A stretch of DNA of 63,481 nt, filler included, from Phoronis australis (lineage: Eukaryota > Animalia > Phoronida): NCBI GenBank assembly GCA_002633005.1. It is 11 parts of 11 records of this genome, joined end to end, with 100 filler letters (N's around TTAATTAATTAA, not from the genome) between each part and the next. Parts side by side here need not be neighbours in the genome. Positions count along the whole stretch, not along the records: positions 30,644 to 37,002 come from NMRA01002173.1; positions 37,103 to 50,551 come from NMRA01000884.1; 9 more parts are not named here. The stretch is one strand, 5' to 3'. The stretch's first letter is position 1. Every line of letters starts with the position of its first letter. This document shows, piece after piece, positions 33,875 through 46,098 of this stretch. The position numbers and the translations under genes were made by a program. Below the pieces are notes generated by a model. It saw only the letters and a program-made list of their open reading frames with translations. It was not told the DNA's origin and did not search any database.

Positions 33875-36631
33875 CATGTCAGAATCTTTAGTTGTATCCA
33901 ACTAATCCCAATCTATCTCAACTTATCCTGCCAACGCCATGCCCTCTCTTGCCCTTCAACGTAGTTTAGTTGAAATTGGTTGTACCAACTAATCCCTAGT
34001 TGTATCCAACTAATCCCAATCTATCTCAACTTATCCTGCCAACGCCATGCCCTCTGTTGCCCTTCAACGTAGTTTAGTTGAAATTGGTTGTACCAACTAA
34101 TCCCAAGTTATCTCCTGCCCGATTACCACCACGCCCTCTGTCGTCCTTCAACATAGTTAAGATTAGTTGTACCATGGTGCCATCTGTTGAGCGTTGCTTG
34201 CCACACTACACCCTCTTATTTCCACTATCACCTCAAATGGCCTATTCAACTAATTCAACTAATTCAACCAATTGTAGCGCCATCTGAAGTATTACTAGCA
34301 TTGTAATTGTGCTGAGATATGTTGTCAAACGTTAACGGTTATCGTGTTGCCATCTGTTGTCAGAAGTTCAATCTACTTCAATTTATCCTCATCGTAGAGC
34401 AATCTTGGTGCTTTGTGTACTTAAATTTTTCATAAATAAACGTTTTTGCAAAGATGAAAAAGCATAACAAAGACTTGATTCGGCATTGACACAAATATTT
34501 TTTTGTATACTTATATTTATCTAAACTAAGCGTTTGTGCATAGCATTGCAATTGTGCTGATATATGTTGTCAAACGTTAACGGCTATCGTGTTGCCATCT
34601 GTTGTCAGAAGTTTACTTGAATCTACTCCAACTTATCCTCATCGTAGAGCTATCTTGGTGCTTTGTGTACTTAAATTTTTCACAAATAAACGTTTTTGCA
34701 AAGATGAAAAAACAACCAAAGTCAACAGATAGGCTAAGTATAACTAACCCGCCAAGTATAACCCAGGAATAGTTTTGTATAATTAACCCGCTAAGTATAA
34801 CCCATTGCAAGAAATGTTTTTTGTTATGGCAATTAAAGTCAACAGATAGGCCAAGTATAATTAACCCGCCAAGTATAACCCAAAAAGAGTTTTTGATTAA
34901 GGCAATTTTTTATTTGATATAGCTGAATAAGTTAGAAACACATCATTTAAAATACATACCAGAATACTTTCTTACACATCGCCTACCCGTTCTATAATGA
35001 ATACCATAATAGAAATTACCAAAACAAATCAAAATAACGTGATCATTCACAACATAAGTGTATGGCAATCTCGCTTACCCGTTATTTAGTGCGTGATCAT
35101 TCACAACATACATTTTTGTAAGTGTCTGGCAATCTCGCTTACCCGTTATTTAGTGAATGTACACAGAATATCAAAAACTGTCAAAAGAATTCAAAATACT
35201 ATAATAAATGTACTAAACGTTTTCACATTAAGTGATGATAAAATCTAACAAGAATTAGGAAAAACCAACAATTTCGAGTAACATCTCTGCATATCATTCA
35301 TTTACTACAAACTGCATGAGTAAGCATTCATCGCATTTTTATTGCCTATCAAATAAACAACAGTGTGAATGAACAAATTAAATAAACCACTAGCGGCAAA
35401 GCCTCTCCCCAAAAACGAAACCAGTTTCATTGCTACATATCACCCAGTTACTGCGACATATACAAAAACTAATTCTGTATTAGCATATCGATAGTAATAA
35501 ACATTGTGAATGAAAATGGTTTAACCAAAAATCAACTTAAACACTTCTAATAACTGAATATGAAACTAGAGCTGAAAATATACATGCCATCAAACGGTAA
35601 TCTAAACATTAAATTAAAGAATCTTGCAACACCTCGCAGGTCGTGATCGTAATATGAGATAAATGGGGCGATGACTTAATCATAAATATCACTAGTATAA
35701 TGTCACTAAATGAGGAAACAATATGGCTGACAAATGAATTGAACTTATACAAATTTTACATAAAACACGTCTACCAAAAGTGAATTAAATCATGACGCCT
35801 ACAGATGCACAGAGGTACTGGCCTCCGCAGCAGTGGGCGACGTCCCATCCTCATCAGCCTCAAATAGGCGCCTCTTCGCAGGCCTAGCTGGCGTATCTGC
35901 TACTGATGTACTGTACTCAGCCCACCCAACACCATATGTCTCCAGTTTCGACCGAAACTCCTCCGCCTCTTCCAGATCATCTGGTAGAGGCCTCTTTACA
36001 AAAGTCACCGAAACCTTGTTGTTATATTGGCTTGGTTGCAGTTTCAGTTCACCGAGCTCTTCCGCCGCCAATCTTTCCATCATCGCCCTGTAGGTTGACG
36101 ACGTAAGGCCCCTTTTTTTCTTCCGCAAAATCTGCGTCATGCTGAATGATGGCGCTGGGTACAACAGTAATGCTCGTGCACACGCCATGTCCGTTTGGAA
36201 ACCCATCTCCCGGTATCAAGGTTCTGGTGCAAGGNCCATCATCGCCCTGTAGGTTGACGACGTAAGGCCCCTTTTTTTCTTCCGCAAAATCTGCGTCATG
36301 CTGAATGATGGGGCTGGGTACAACAGCAATGCTCGTGCACACGCCATGTCCGTTTGGAAGTCGCTAGTGCATTCTACTCCAGACAAGTACCGCTTGTGAG
36401 CAGTAAATGTCTGAAGTAGCGTGATGGCGTGTCGCGCTGATGCCTCAGATATAATTTCTGCGACATCCCTCTTTCCGATTTCTTCCGCTAGGGAAGCCAG
36501 GAAGTCCGCGTCCACATTACGCACGTCCCTCGCTGTCTTGCCCATCTCTTGTAGAAGCAAGACTGCATTCTCGGCTGCCTGAAGAATACCCGACAGTCTT
36601 GCCACCTGCCCTTTGGCCTTGGCATACACTC
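33875..36631 (-). mobile_element. Dispersed repeat carrying the 3' part of an uncharacterised gene, with many internal tandem duplications
   Basis: Colinear diverged copy at ~45028-46098 on another contig. Internal duplications at 33892/33997, 34297/34541, 34718/34836 and 35033/35092. Confidence 0.65.
35799..36631 (-). CDS. Last exon of an uncharacterised protein, tentatively DUF3987/YfjI-like C-terminal region; interrupted by a 124-bp duplication with a single N
   Basis: Acceptor ttttctctttaattatag|G, then GVYAKAKGQVARLSGILQA...IISEASARHAITLL...LLLYP...LAAEELGEL...FVKRPLP...KLETYGV. Higher GC than the flanks. Family assignment is from recall only. Confidence 0.6.
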
Positions 36632-37486
36632 CTATAATTAAAGAGAAAATTATATCGATCACACGGTTATGCTATCATTTACAAAAATATTAAAAACTAC
36701 ATTAACTATTGCCAACGAGTTTAGAACAACCTTAGCAACATCAACCACAGCATTCTTCTATAACAGAAATTTCTAATTGCAGAATCGTAAATACCTATAG
36801 TAACATTTTCTGTCTTGTTATAACACCAATGTCATATCATTCTTAATAGTGCTTAACACAACAATGCATAAAGTATATAAAAGAAATATTTCGTGTAATT
36901 CCATCTTACTTTTTTCACATTTACCTACAGTACTACAACTGTTTCAAACCAGATGACACAATGTGTTATCATGAACATTTGCAATCAAAGAGACGTTTTC
37001 AANNNNNNNNNNNNNNNNNNNNNNNNNNNNNNNNNNNNNNNNNNNNTTAATTAATTAANNNNNNNNNNNNNNNNNNNNNNNNNNNNNNNNNNNNNNNNNN
37101 NNCCTGGAGAGTGATTGGTTAAATTTTGTGTTTGAAGACTATTTTCTAGGCTCTGTATCTAAGTCAGGAAGTTTTACATATCAGTGTTGTATAAACAGCA
37201 CGATAAATATCCAGCAAGTTGAGTTGTCTTATACAGATAGGTTTTACCCGTCTGTTATTAAAATTTTTTGTCTTTATTGCAGAGTGTGCCTTCAACAATC
37301 GTTGGATAAGGAAGGCTACCCAGACAACGCAACGTACGCACTTACGAACTGCAGCTCATGAACCTATGAATTCAGTTATCTGTGCTCAGAAACGCACGTT
37401 TGTAGTCACAAAACATGGATTATTTGCCTGTGAAGCTACGTGAGCAGATCTAGCTAAAGAAGATTAAGTGGCTTGTGGTCTACCAT

Positions 37487-37990
37487 AGGGCCCTTTCACA
37501 TTGACTTAACTCTCGTCTGAGTGGAGCATCGGCGTACACTGCAAAGTTAACTGGACCTTGTCCTTCATTCTGGCTTCGGTCGTTAATGAACTTCGAAGTA
37601 AACAGTAGGTGACGCTGTCGTGATCGAAGGTATCGCAAGGTAGCACTGCACGCTAAGATGTGACAACTTGGGAACATTTACATGTGTTAATTGACATAAA
37701 ACTTATTTTTAAATTGACTGGTGATTATTATAGGTTCCATATTCGTTGATAATCGGTAGTGTGATGATACGTTAACAATTACTATTGTCACCGGCCTGGC
37801 AATAACTTCCATAGGACTGAAGTTGATCGTTTATACTGCGTGGCAGCGTTGATGCTAAGCAATTATATCCACCTGTTTAGTGCGAAGTTAACTGGCGCTG
37901 TTAACTTCCTTCCAGGACCAAAGTTTAAGCGTTCATACTGACATTAACTCCCAAAAACTTCGACATGTCGATGTTAGTATGAAAGGCCCT
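37487..37990. mobile_element. MITE, PIF/Harbinger-like termini
   Basis: Imperfect TIR AGGGCCCTTTCACATTGAC / GTTAGTATGAAAGGCCCT in TA-rich flanks. Confidence 0.6.
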
Positions 37991-38869
37991 ATATGTGCAT
38001 GAAGTTCAGTAGCTTTAAATTAAAGGAAAAAGAATATTTTTGTGGTCGAATGTCTAAGTTTTCTAATATCCATCTTGTATAAGCAGGTTGTACTTAGGGT
38101 TACTCTTAGTGAAACTTGTTCGCACCATGGAGTGTATTGGATTTACTGTTATTATGACTGTCAACAAAACGAAACTTTGACTTTTAAATTGATATTTTTA
38201 AGGTTGAAAACAATTATAGGTGATTCTAGGCATTATTTCTAGCATAAGGATTGTATTTCCCAAAATCAGACCTGTGGCCATTGTTGATAAACTTCTAGTT
38301 ACCTGTTACGTTTCATGTTCTGCTTTTGTCTCTGCGGATATTCTTGGATTTTGCATATTAAGTGATTTGTTATTCTTGGTGTCATTGCTGTAATTTTAGT
38401 TGAAAATGTCTGCTGTTGAAACGTAGACTTTTGTTGTAGTCCTTCCTGGCTATGTAATCACATTTTCTTTGGTTGTGTTTCATGATTTGGTAGTGATTTC
38501 TCTGTTTGTACATTCCATTTTGCTCCCTCAGTTATCGCATAATTGTCATAGACTGAGAACGATTCAAATATGAATATATTATTAGCCTCATTTAGTTTTC
38601 ACTGCATTGTATGCATGACACTTGATGAACTGATTTTTGAAATGTTTTTGGTTTTTTAGATTTTGATATTTCACTTATGTTCACTTATTTTAAGGAACTA
38701 GTGTATTTTAGGAAGAGCATTTTATTTTCTGCAATTATTCGCTGTTAATGAAATGTTAATAGAAGTCTAGTTTGTTAAATCTTTATGAGAATCATTAAAT
38801 TTGTTACTGTACTCCACTCTTGTTTTAGTGAAAGTCGAAATTTTTGAATGTCTGTCCTATTGAAACTTA

Positions 38870-39330
38870 TTTCTTTTAGAAAACTTCAGTTTTCAAAAGT
38901 TAGTTCCTTGAAAACTTATGTTTTGATGACTTATGTTTGTTACTAAAAATTTTTTCCAAAACTTAAGTTTTTCAAAAACTTAAGTGTATAAAACTTAAGT
39001 TTTCCAAAAACTTAAGTATTTTGGAACAAGTTTTTTGGAACGAACTTAAGTTTTTAAAAAACTTAAGGTTTTAGAACTTAAGTTTTTGAAAAACTTAAGT
39101 TTTCAGAACTTAAGTTTTTGAAAAACTTAAGTTTTCAAAACTTAAGTTTTTGAAAAACTTAAGTTTTTTGAAAACTTAAGTTTTTTAAAAACTTAAGTTC
39201 GTTCCAAAAAACTTGTTCCAAAATACTTCAGTTTTCGCCAAAAACTTAAGTTTTCGGGAATGAAAACTTAAGTTTTTCAGACCAAAAACTTAAGTTTTTC
39301 GATGAAAACTTAAGTTCATTTTTGTAAGGG
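38870..39330. repeat. Foldback-type array of palindromic AAAACTTAAGTTTT units forming a long inverted repeat
   Basis: More than 15 CTTAAG-centred units. TTGGAACAAGTTTTTTGGAACGAAC (~39021) is mirrored by GTTCGTTCCAAAAAACTTGTTCCAA (~39197). Confidence 0.85.
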
Positions 39331-39469
39331 TTGTGTTAAAGTAACCAAGCAGCAAATCTCTTGGTTGCACTTACAGTTTTCTTGACAGTGTTAATATTTT
39401 TTTTCGGTTGATGAAATCTTTTGCTTTCCTTGCCATCACTTCGAATTTCTCATTTTGCTTTTCCTGATG

Positions 39470-40787
39470 CACCGCCTCAAATACCTGTGCATAGCCTTGG
39501 ATCGCACTTTGAGCTTCAAGGAGCTTGCCGACAGCTTGGTGAAAAGGTGTGCAAAAGACTCTCGGCTCTTAAGACGATGGCAAAAGCTAAAATGGAACAA
39601 CGATTACTGCTGCTGTTATTTAAGGCTCTTGTGTTGGCTGTCATGGACTATGGCTTTGGGATAACAACTATGTCACAGATCCAGCTATCCAAAATTGAAA
39701 AAAATCAGAATGAAGGTATGAGGGTAGTCTCGGGCTGCACTAAAAACACATCAACTGATGCAATGCGCCATTTTCTTGGATTACCATGCATCACACAGCG
39801 ACATAGGTACGCCCAAGTGAATGCACTGTTCCGAGTAGCATCTGACAAAGACCGCCTGCTGCACAAAGAAATAGGAGTAGATAAGGATAGCCGACTGAAA
39901 CGCGGACGATCTTGGATGGGTCAGGCGGAAGATACGGTTGCTTCGGTGTGCAGGACTGGAAGCATAAGGAGAGACAATGAGTGGATACCTACATGTATTA
40001 GGGACACAATAACTAATTGCACAAAGGTTGTCATCACACTGGGACGGGAATGCCGAGAACGCAGTGGAATAGTTGTGAACACTGAGGTCTGTGCACTCAT
40101 TGAGGAGAACAGCAAACCAACGGATGCCATTATCTTCACAGATGGGTCAGTCGTCAGGGGTGTCAAATCAGGCTGGGGATTCACAGCACGCGCGAGAGGT
40201 CGATGTGTTGCAGAGCAAAGTGGTGCATACTTGATGATAACCAGCAGCATGTGGATGGAAGAGGAGGCAGCCACAGCAGCTCTCGAATGGCTCCGCACCA
40301 CCAACTACACAGGGGCAGTGATTGCTACGGACTCGCAGAGCATGCTAACCACAATCAAGAGTGGCTTCATTAAAACAGAATGGAAGGATGCAATAGAAGG
40401 AAGCAGGCTGAAACACCTGGTGTGGTTGTTTACCCCTGGACATGCTGGAATGTCGGGGAATGAAAGTGCAAATGACCTGGCAGGAAAGGCAGAAATTTTG
40501 GAAGATGTCATTGGAGCGAGAAGGATGTTTTGATGGCACTGAAAGACCAGGAGATTGAGGCTCCCTCAGAAAGCACCAACCTGGAAAGACTAACTGAGCT
40601 TCATGTTTTCAGAGGAAGCGGCATCAGAACCACCTTACGTGGAGAAAGTAGATACGGATTAACCAGCTCAACATGGGAACCATCAGCAGTCTGACTCTTT
40701 CTTAGCTGCTGCACTTTCTGCTGAGCACTTGTGGACCTGTCCAATGTGCAGTGATGTCTGTCCCTGAGACAATGACAATGACAATGA
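39470..40787 (+). mobile_element. 5'-truncated, frameshifted I-group LINE: RT C-terminus/thumb, RNase H, (CAATGA)n tail
   Basis: LKYLCIALDRTLSFKE in one frame shifts into ORF 39421-40533. That ORF has RNase HI motifs IFTDGS, MEEEAA, IATDSQS and PGHAGMSGNESANDLA. The 3' end is GACAATGACAATGACAATGA. Confidence 0.9.
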
Positions 40788-42091
40788 TGCACCTCCTGTT
40801 CTTCTAATTCAATCAACTCCTGAATTTCAGGATAATCGTATTTTAAATTGAACATTTCAAGATTAAAACTCATTTGTTGCCGACTGGGCTACTGTAGTTA
40901 AAGCGTCTGAGTTGTAGACGCTGTATTTCAGCAAACAAAACGGACTACAAAAGTGTCATATAATGAACAATTTTGTACCAGATGTTATAATTGGGACCTT
41001 ATTGCATGTTGATTGTTACTTATAATGCTGCAGTTTCATCACTTAAAACCGTATTTTGGGAAACTTTGACGATAGATTTGGTCACCAACGCCCTAGACCA
41101 CATTGACCTAATTTTGTACTTCCACTTTTGAGTTCAGAGGTCACTGTTAAAAGTGTGCGTGAGGTGAATATGGAAAACATTTTTACATGACCATATTTCC
41201 CACGACTGATTCAACGAGTATGGGATAAATAAACATGTAAAATTTTGGATGAATGCGTGACTAAATTCTTAACAGCAACTGTGAGGAATCCATAGTTTAA
41301 ATCTTTGTTTTGATAGCTTCATGATTTGAATCGTTGAAACTATTTCCCTGCTGGTTTAAGTAGTCATTTAAGTAACCCCTTGCTTTTTGAAGTTGCTATT
41401 ACATGCTGCTATTCTTCACAATTTGGTAACACTCTTGGTTTTTAGTATTAAACATATTTTTAAACCTGTCAGGTATGCGAAATAATAATTATTTATTAAT
41501 TAAATTATTTATCGTTAGCTTTTGGTGAAATCATACACCATCTAGAGCTGATAAAGGGCTTTCTAATGATATGACTACTAAACAATTCGATTGAAAAACA
41601 GCGCAAGTGCGAAACGTTTTAGTGGTAGCTAATTCCATAGTAAGAACCAACATCGGAACAAACGAATATAAACAAATGCCACGCATGCGCTGCGCAACCC
41701 CACCAGCGCGAAATCGAAGCTGGCATTCCAGGGATTCTATGGTTGTCAAAAGGACACACTGATAAATTATGACATTTATTTTCAACAACATTTAAGTCAC
41801 GACAAGTGCACACCCTTTGTGCACGTACACTACAGGGCCCTTTTTTCTACTTACTGTCGACACAAAATTTTATTGGACATTTTTGAATCTGGCCAAGCTC
41901 GATAACTGAACAAACATTTCAACGAGGCAGTTAACATTCAATTACCTGATCATTCTTTAACAATCGATATACATCAAGATTAGTTTTATCCAACTGTTCT
42001 CCATTCCAATATTGTTATGCTATCTCTTAACACCTTTATCGAAATTCGTTTGCAAAAATCTCCTCGTCAGCTATGTTTGTATTTAATATAT

Positions 42092-42215
42092 ACACAAAAC
42101 GTAGCGAGAGTTGGATAGATGACGTAATATCCCACTCGACATTATTCTGCGGGTACGCAGAATAATGTCGAGTGGGTTATTACTTCATCTACGCCAATCG
42201 AGATACATTTTGTGT
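42092..42215. repeat. Long imperfect hairpin, 21-bp perfect core arms with a 4-nt loop
   Basis: CCCACTCGACATTATTCTGCG-GGTA-CGCAGAATAATGTCGAGTGGG (42131-42176), extendable to ACACAAAA/TTTTGTGT. Confidence 0.9.
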
Positions 42216-42501
42216 TAAACCCAAACGATTTGAATTCCTAAGTTTCTTTCATTTTGTCGGTAGATTTTTTAAATACTTCACTCAGACTGTTCACGTGGCG
42301 GATCACATCCTATATGTACATGTATGCAGTTGCGTGTTCTAGGCGTATGCGCAATTCTCTTCAGGCGTTGCAAGTCGTGCGTCACGTCACGTTAGAAATT
42401 GATTGCGGACTTTCAGTGATAGTTTACTTCAATCCAACTTCACCACGGCAACTAGCGTTTTTATCAACTCTCCCTGTTTAGCGCCATGTTAATAATGAAG
42501 C

Positions 42502-43485
42502 TTAGTGTGAGTACACCGTTGTTGTGGCATGTCTTCGGAATATGATACGCAATGCCATATTGACGGATTTTCGTATCTCGGGATAGGAATACGTGTATAG
42601 AAGTGGGTTGAACGCCGAATTGACATAGGTGATGTTCACGAAGACGTAATCAAAGTACTGAATGGTAGGTGTGTAGTTTTGTGTTATCGGTAACGCCTTG
42701 AAGACAGCGGTAGGCATCATGCACGCAGTGAACGTGCCAAGAATTAAGAACGTTCCCTTTGCAATTTTGATCTTATTCAAGACTGCAGTGTTGACAGGAT
42801 GTACCACATTTCGCGATCGGCAAGCCTTGTACGCGACATATCCGTGACAAACATAACTGACGAACAATGTTAAGACACCAAAAACCATCGAAAGGATGAG
42901 TCTCATAGTTCTGGGCACCAGGTTGTAAGTGCAGTTATCCGTGAAGGGGTTGTAAGGCGTGTCGGTGATTACGGGGATAAGACACGACGCCCCAAGAACA
43001 CTGGTGCACAAGAGGCAACCGCCAATAACATACAAAGTGTTTCTTTCCGGACTTGAAGCTGTATGGTGAAAAAGAGGGAAAGCTATGCTGACAAATCGAT
43101 CCAAAGAAATAAGCATGACGAAGACGTAGGAGCAAATTACTGGTATGACATTGACAAAAATGAGGAACATACAACCTGACATAGTCGAGTCCAACCCACT
43201 CGGCGTTCCACTGTCTGTCCATAACACCCGAACAACCACCTTACGCCATATGTCTGTGGGTATGACTACCGCTCCGACCAAAAAGTCAGTTACTGCAAGG
43301 CCAACGGTAAAAACGTTGTAAGACTTTTTCCAGAGTTTGTACTTGAAAATGCAGTAAATCGTCAATCCATTGCTGAATGATATGAAAAAAATCCACAATA
43401 CTTGTACAGCGACAACTGCGCCTTTAAAGTACATAGATACCTGGTTGTCAAGAAACCAAAAAGTTGTATTTTCGGACGAATTCAT
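42502..43485 (-). CDS. Intronless class A (rhodopsin-like) GPCR, orphan, 327 aa
   Basis: Seven hydrophobic segments, N-terminal N-glycosylation sequons (NSS, NTT), TM1 SN, TM2 LAVTD, TM3 Cys and SLDRF, TM7 NSAFNPLLY. GCAACCATG start context. Confidence 0.93.
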   Translation of the reverse strand: MNSSENTTFWFLDNQVSMYFKGAVVAVQVLWIFFISFSNGLTIYCIFKYKLWKKSYNVFTVGLAVTDFLVGAVVIPTDIWRKVVVRVLWTDSGTPSGLDSTMSGCMFLIFVNVIPVICSYVFVMLISLDRFVSIAFPLFHHTASSPERNTLYVIGGCLLCTSVLGASCLIPVITDTPYNPFTDNCTYNLVPRTMRLILSMVFGVLTLFVSYVCHGYVAYKACRSRNVVHPVNTAVLNKIKIAKGTFLILGTFTACMMPTAVFKALPITQNYTPTIQYFDYVFVNITYVNSAFNPLLYTYSYPEIRKSVNMALRIIFRRHATTTVYSH

Positions 43486-45027
43486 GGTTGCTAAAGTAAC
43501 ACACTATCTTCCTGGAAAGTAGTGAGAAAACGACTGCGCTGATAAATTGTCTCTTTCGAATGTAATTGTTACTTCAGTCCATGCGGTGATTGTTCTTCTT
43601 GTCACTTTCCCACGTATCTGCTATATTCTCAGATTGTCTCAAAATTGATGCGGTGACATGAGTGACGGGAATAATTACACCGTACGGCATTGGTTTGTTA
43701 TACCAGTAAGTTGTACATCGTTTCAAGAAATCAACCGGCAACGCTAAACTCAAAGCTTGTCGCTTAGCGCCTTAACAGAAGAGGTGACGTTTTTCTGATG
43801 CCGTGCGCATTGTATGGTTGACGTCATCCGCATACGGGCTACCGCATTTGAGGTCCACTTGCATGTATTTCCATGAGAACTCTCTTTTGTATACAGTAAA
43901 ATGTAACGTACATGTAGTTACATGAATTTCCTAGACAAGCTTATGATCGGCTACCCAGCCACAATCATGTTTTCATGAAAATGACCAATGAGATAAATTA
44001 AGGAGAATTAAACTCACGTGGTTTATGATGAGCAGATGGGTGCACCGCATTGGTCGGCGGTGAAGGGAGTCGAGCTGCTAGTGTACTGTGCAGCATTTAA
44101 CTTATCTGCGGAAATTTTAGAGTGGGAGAACCAAAGCGACAAAACATCACATGTCGTAGGTAATTATCTCGGTGGTGTCATTTTTACTGCTTGGTGTATG
44201 TCATTTGGTTGAAAATTGACATAATTGATTCATATGATAGCTAATGCGGAATTGTGCACTGTCTGAGTACATGTATGTGCATTGTGACACTACGCGAAGT
44301 CTTTATGGTCAACTTGAAGCTGCCAGATGTCCTTTGAATTCAATCAAATTCCCCATTTCACAATTCAGCATGTCACGTATCGTTAAGGTACACGCATGAG
44401 CAACCAGTGTTGCCATTGTCACAATAAAGACTTTGTTAAGTACCAGTAGATTTCAGTGACTACTCACCTAGGTGTTAGACTTCGAAGATCAGAGGGAGTG
44501 CACTGTAAGTAGAACTACTTCCTTTCAATTCTCTTGAGTTTCCTATCGTTAATTTCGGGGTACAGTCAGTACTAATTAGCAGTTTTCTCAACACTAAAGT
44601 TCTAATCTGGCTGAGGTCACTTAAACGGAACTGGGGACTAAAGGGTTAACTTTGGTTTAAACGGAAAGGATTAAATGAATGGGACGAAAATCCCGATGAT
44701 TGAAATTTATGAACTTTTTGGCTCGGTATTATGCCGTGGATGCATAAACTGACTTGAGTATTTTCAGGCACTCATCCTGAGGTTTCTAGAGGATGTGCAT
44801 AAAAGAAGAGTAGGCGGGTCTCTATTCAAAATGGCTGCCGTTAGGTACTGAAAATTGATTCCCTGGGCGCCATTTTGAAGAGAAAGTCATCGACTTTTGC
44901 TGGAATTCGGAAATCCGGTTCCGCAGTTATTGTTGCATTATTGTAATGAAGGAAACTGCTTATGCCTGTCAATTTTCAGACACTCTGGACAAAATTACGT
45001 GTTGTCTAGTGAACCCCCCATCCATAG

Positions 45028-46098
45028 ATGTTAAGAATGTTTAGTTGTATCCGACTAATCCCAACCTATCCTGCCAACGCCATGCCCACTGTTGTCCTTC
45101 AACGCAGTTTAGTTGAAATTACATGTATTTGTACCAATTAATTTATCTATCAAAGAAACAACAGTTTGAATGAACAAATTAAATAAACCACTTCTCAAAA
45201 ATTAAAGTCACTGTAAACGAAAGAGTGTGATAGCGGCAAACCCTCTCTCCAAAAACGGAACCAGTTTCATCGATACATATCACACATTTACTAGTACATT
45301 GTAAAGAAACCATTTCTGTATTAGCATATTTCTTCCAAGGGGCAATGTGAATGAAAATGTTTTAACCAAAAACCAATTTAAACACTTCTAATAAGTTGCC
45401 AGTACCTAGAAAAAAATCTAGTCATAAATATCAAAATTTCTATTGGTATTCTTGTAACACTTTCTGGCGAATTTTAATGTTATGAAATCTTAAAATGGTA
45501 ACGTAATAAGGTTTTGCAAAGCAATGGACTGAATAAGAAGCTGCAGCTGAAAGTACATTTATACAAGACTCAAAGGGTACTCCAAACATTCAATTAAAGA
45601 AGCTTGCAACACCTCTCAGATCGTATTCATCATACGAGAATCGTGGGGCGATGACTTACGCCGCATTGTGCAATCATAAAAAGCAAAGAGGTACTACTAT
45701 TAAAATAACTCCCTGGTAAAGAAACAACAAACTGCAGGACGCACATCAACCTATCTAGTCAGAAAAATCAATGTCCGCTGTGTTCTCTTCACTAGGAACA
45801 GGAACATCATAATCATAAATATCTATAGTAAAATGTCACTAAATGAGGAAACAAAATGGCTAACAAATGAATTCTACTTGATCAAATTTTATTTAAAACT
45901 CCTCTGACAAAAGTCCATGTCGCCCACATAGGCACAGATATAATGGCCTCCGTAGCAGTAGGCGATGTCTCATGCTCATCAGTCTCAAATAGGCGCCGCT
46001 TCACTGGCCTAGCTGCAGTATCTGTTACCGATTTACTATACTCCGCCAACCCAACGCCGTAAGTTTCCAATTTCGACCGTACCTCCTCTGCCTCTTCA
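45028..46098 (-). mobile_element. Second, diverged and truncated copy of the 33875-36631 repeat
   Basis: Encodes EEAEEVRSKLETYGVGLAEYSKSVTDTAARPVKRRLFETDE, matching 35799-35975. Shares downstream non-coding blocks. Confidence 0.8.

Noticed and set aside
39421-40533. Cellular RNase H1 gene or intact retroelement ORF
   Set aside because: The upstream part is RT thumb/connection sequence with a frameshift, the start codon is not native, and a LINE-type tandem tail follows. It is a truncated LINE.
45000-45030. Helitron 3' terminus (CTAG) for the DUF3987-like repeat
   Set aside because: CTAG lies near the homology boundary in one copy only, is not followed by T on that strand, and has no clear GC-rich subterminal hairpin.
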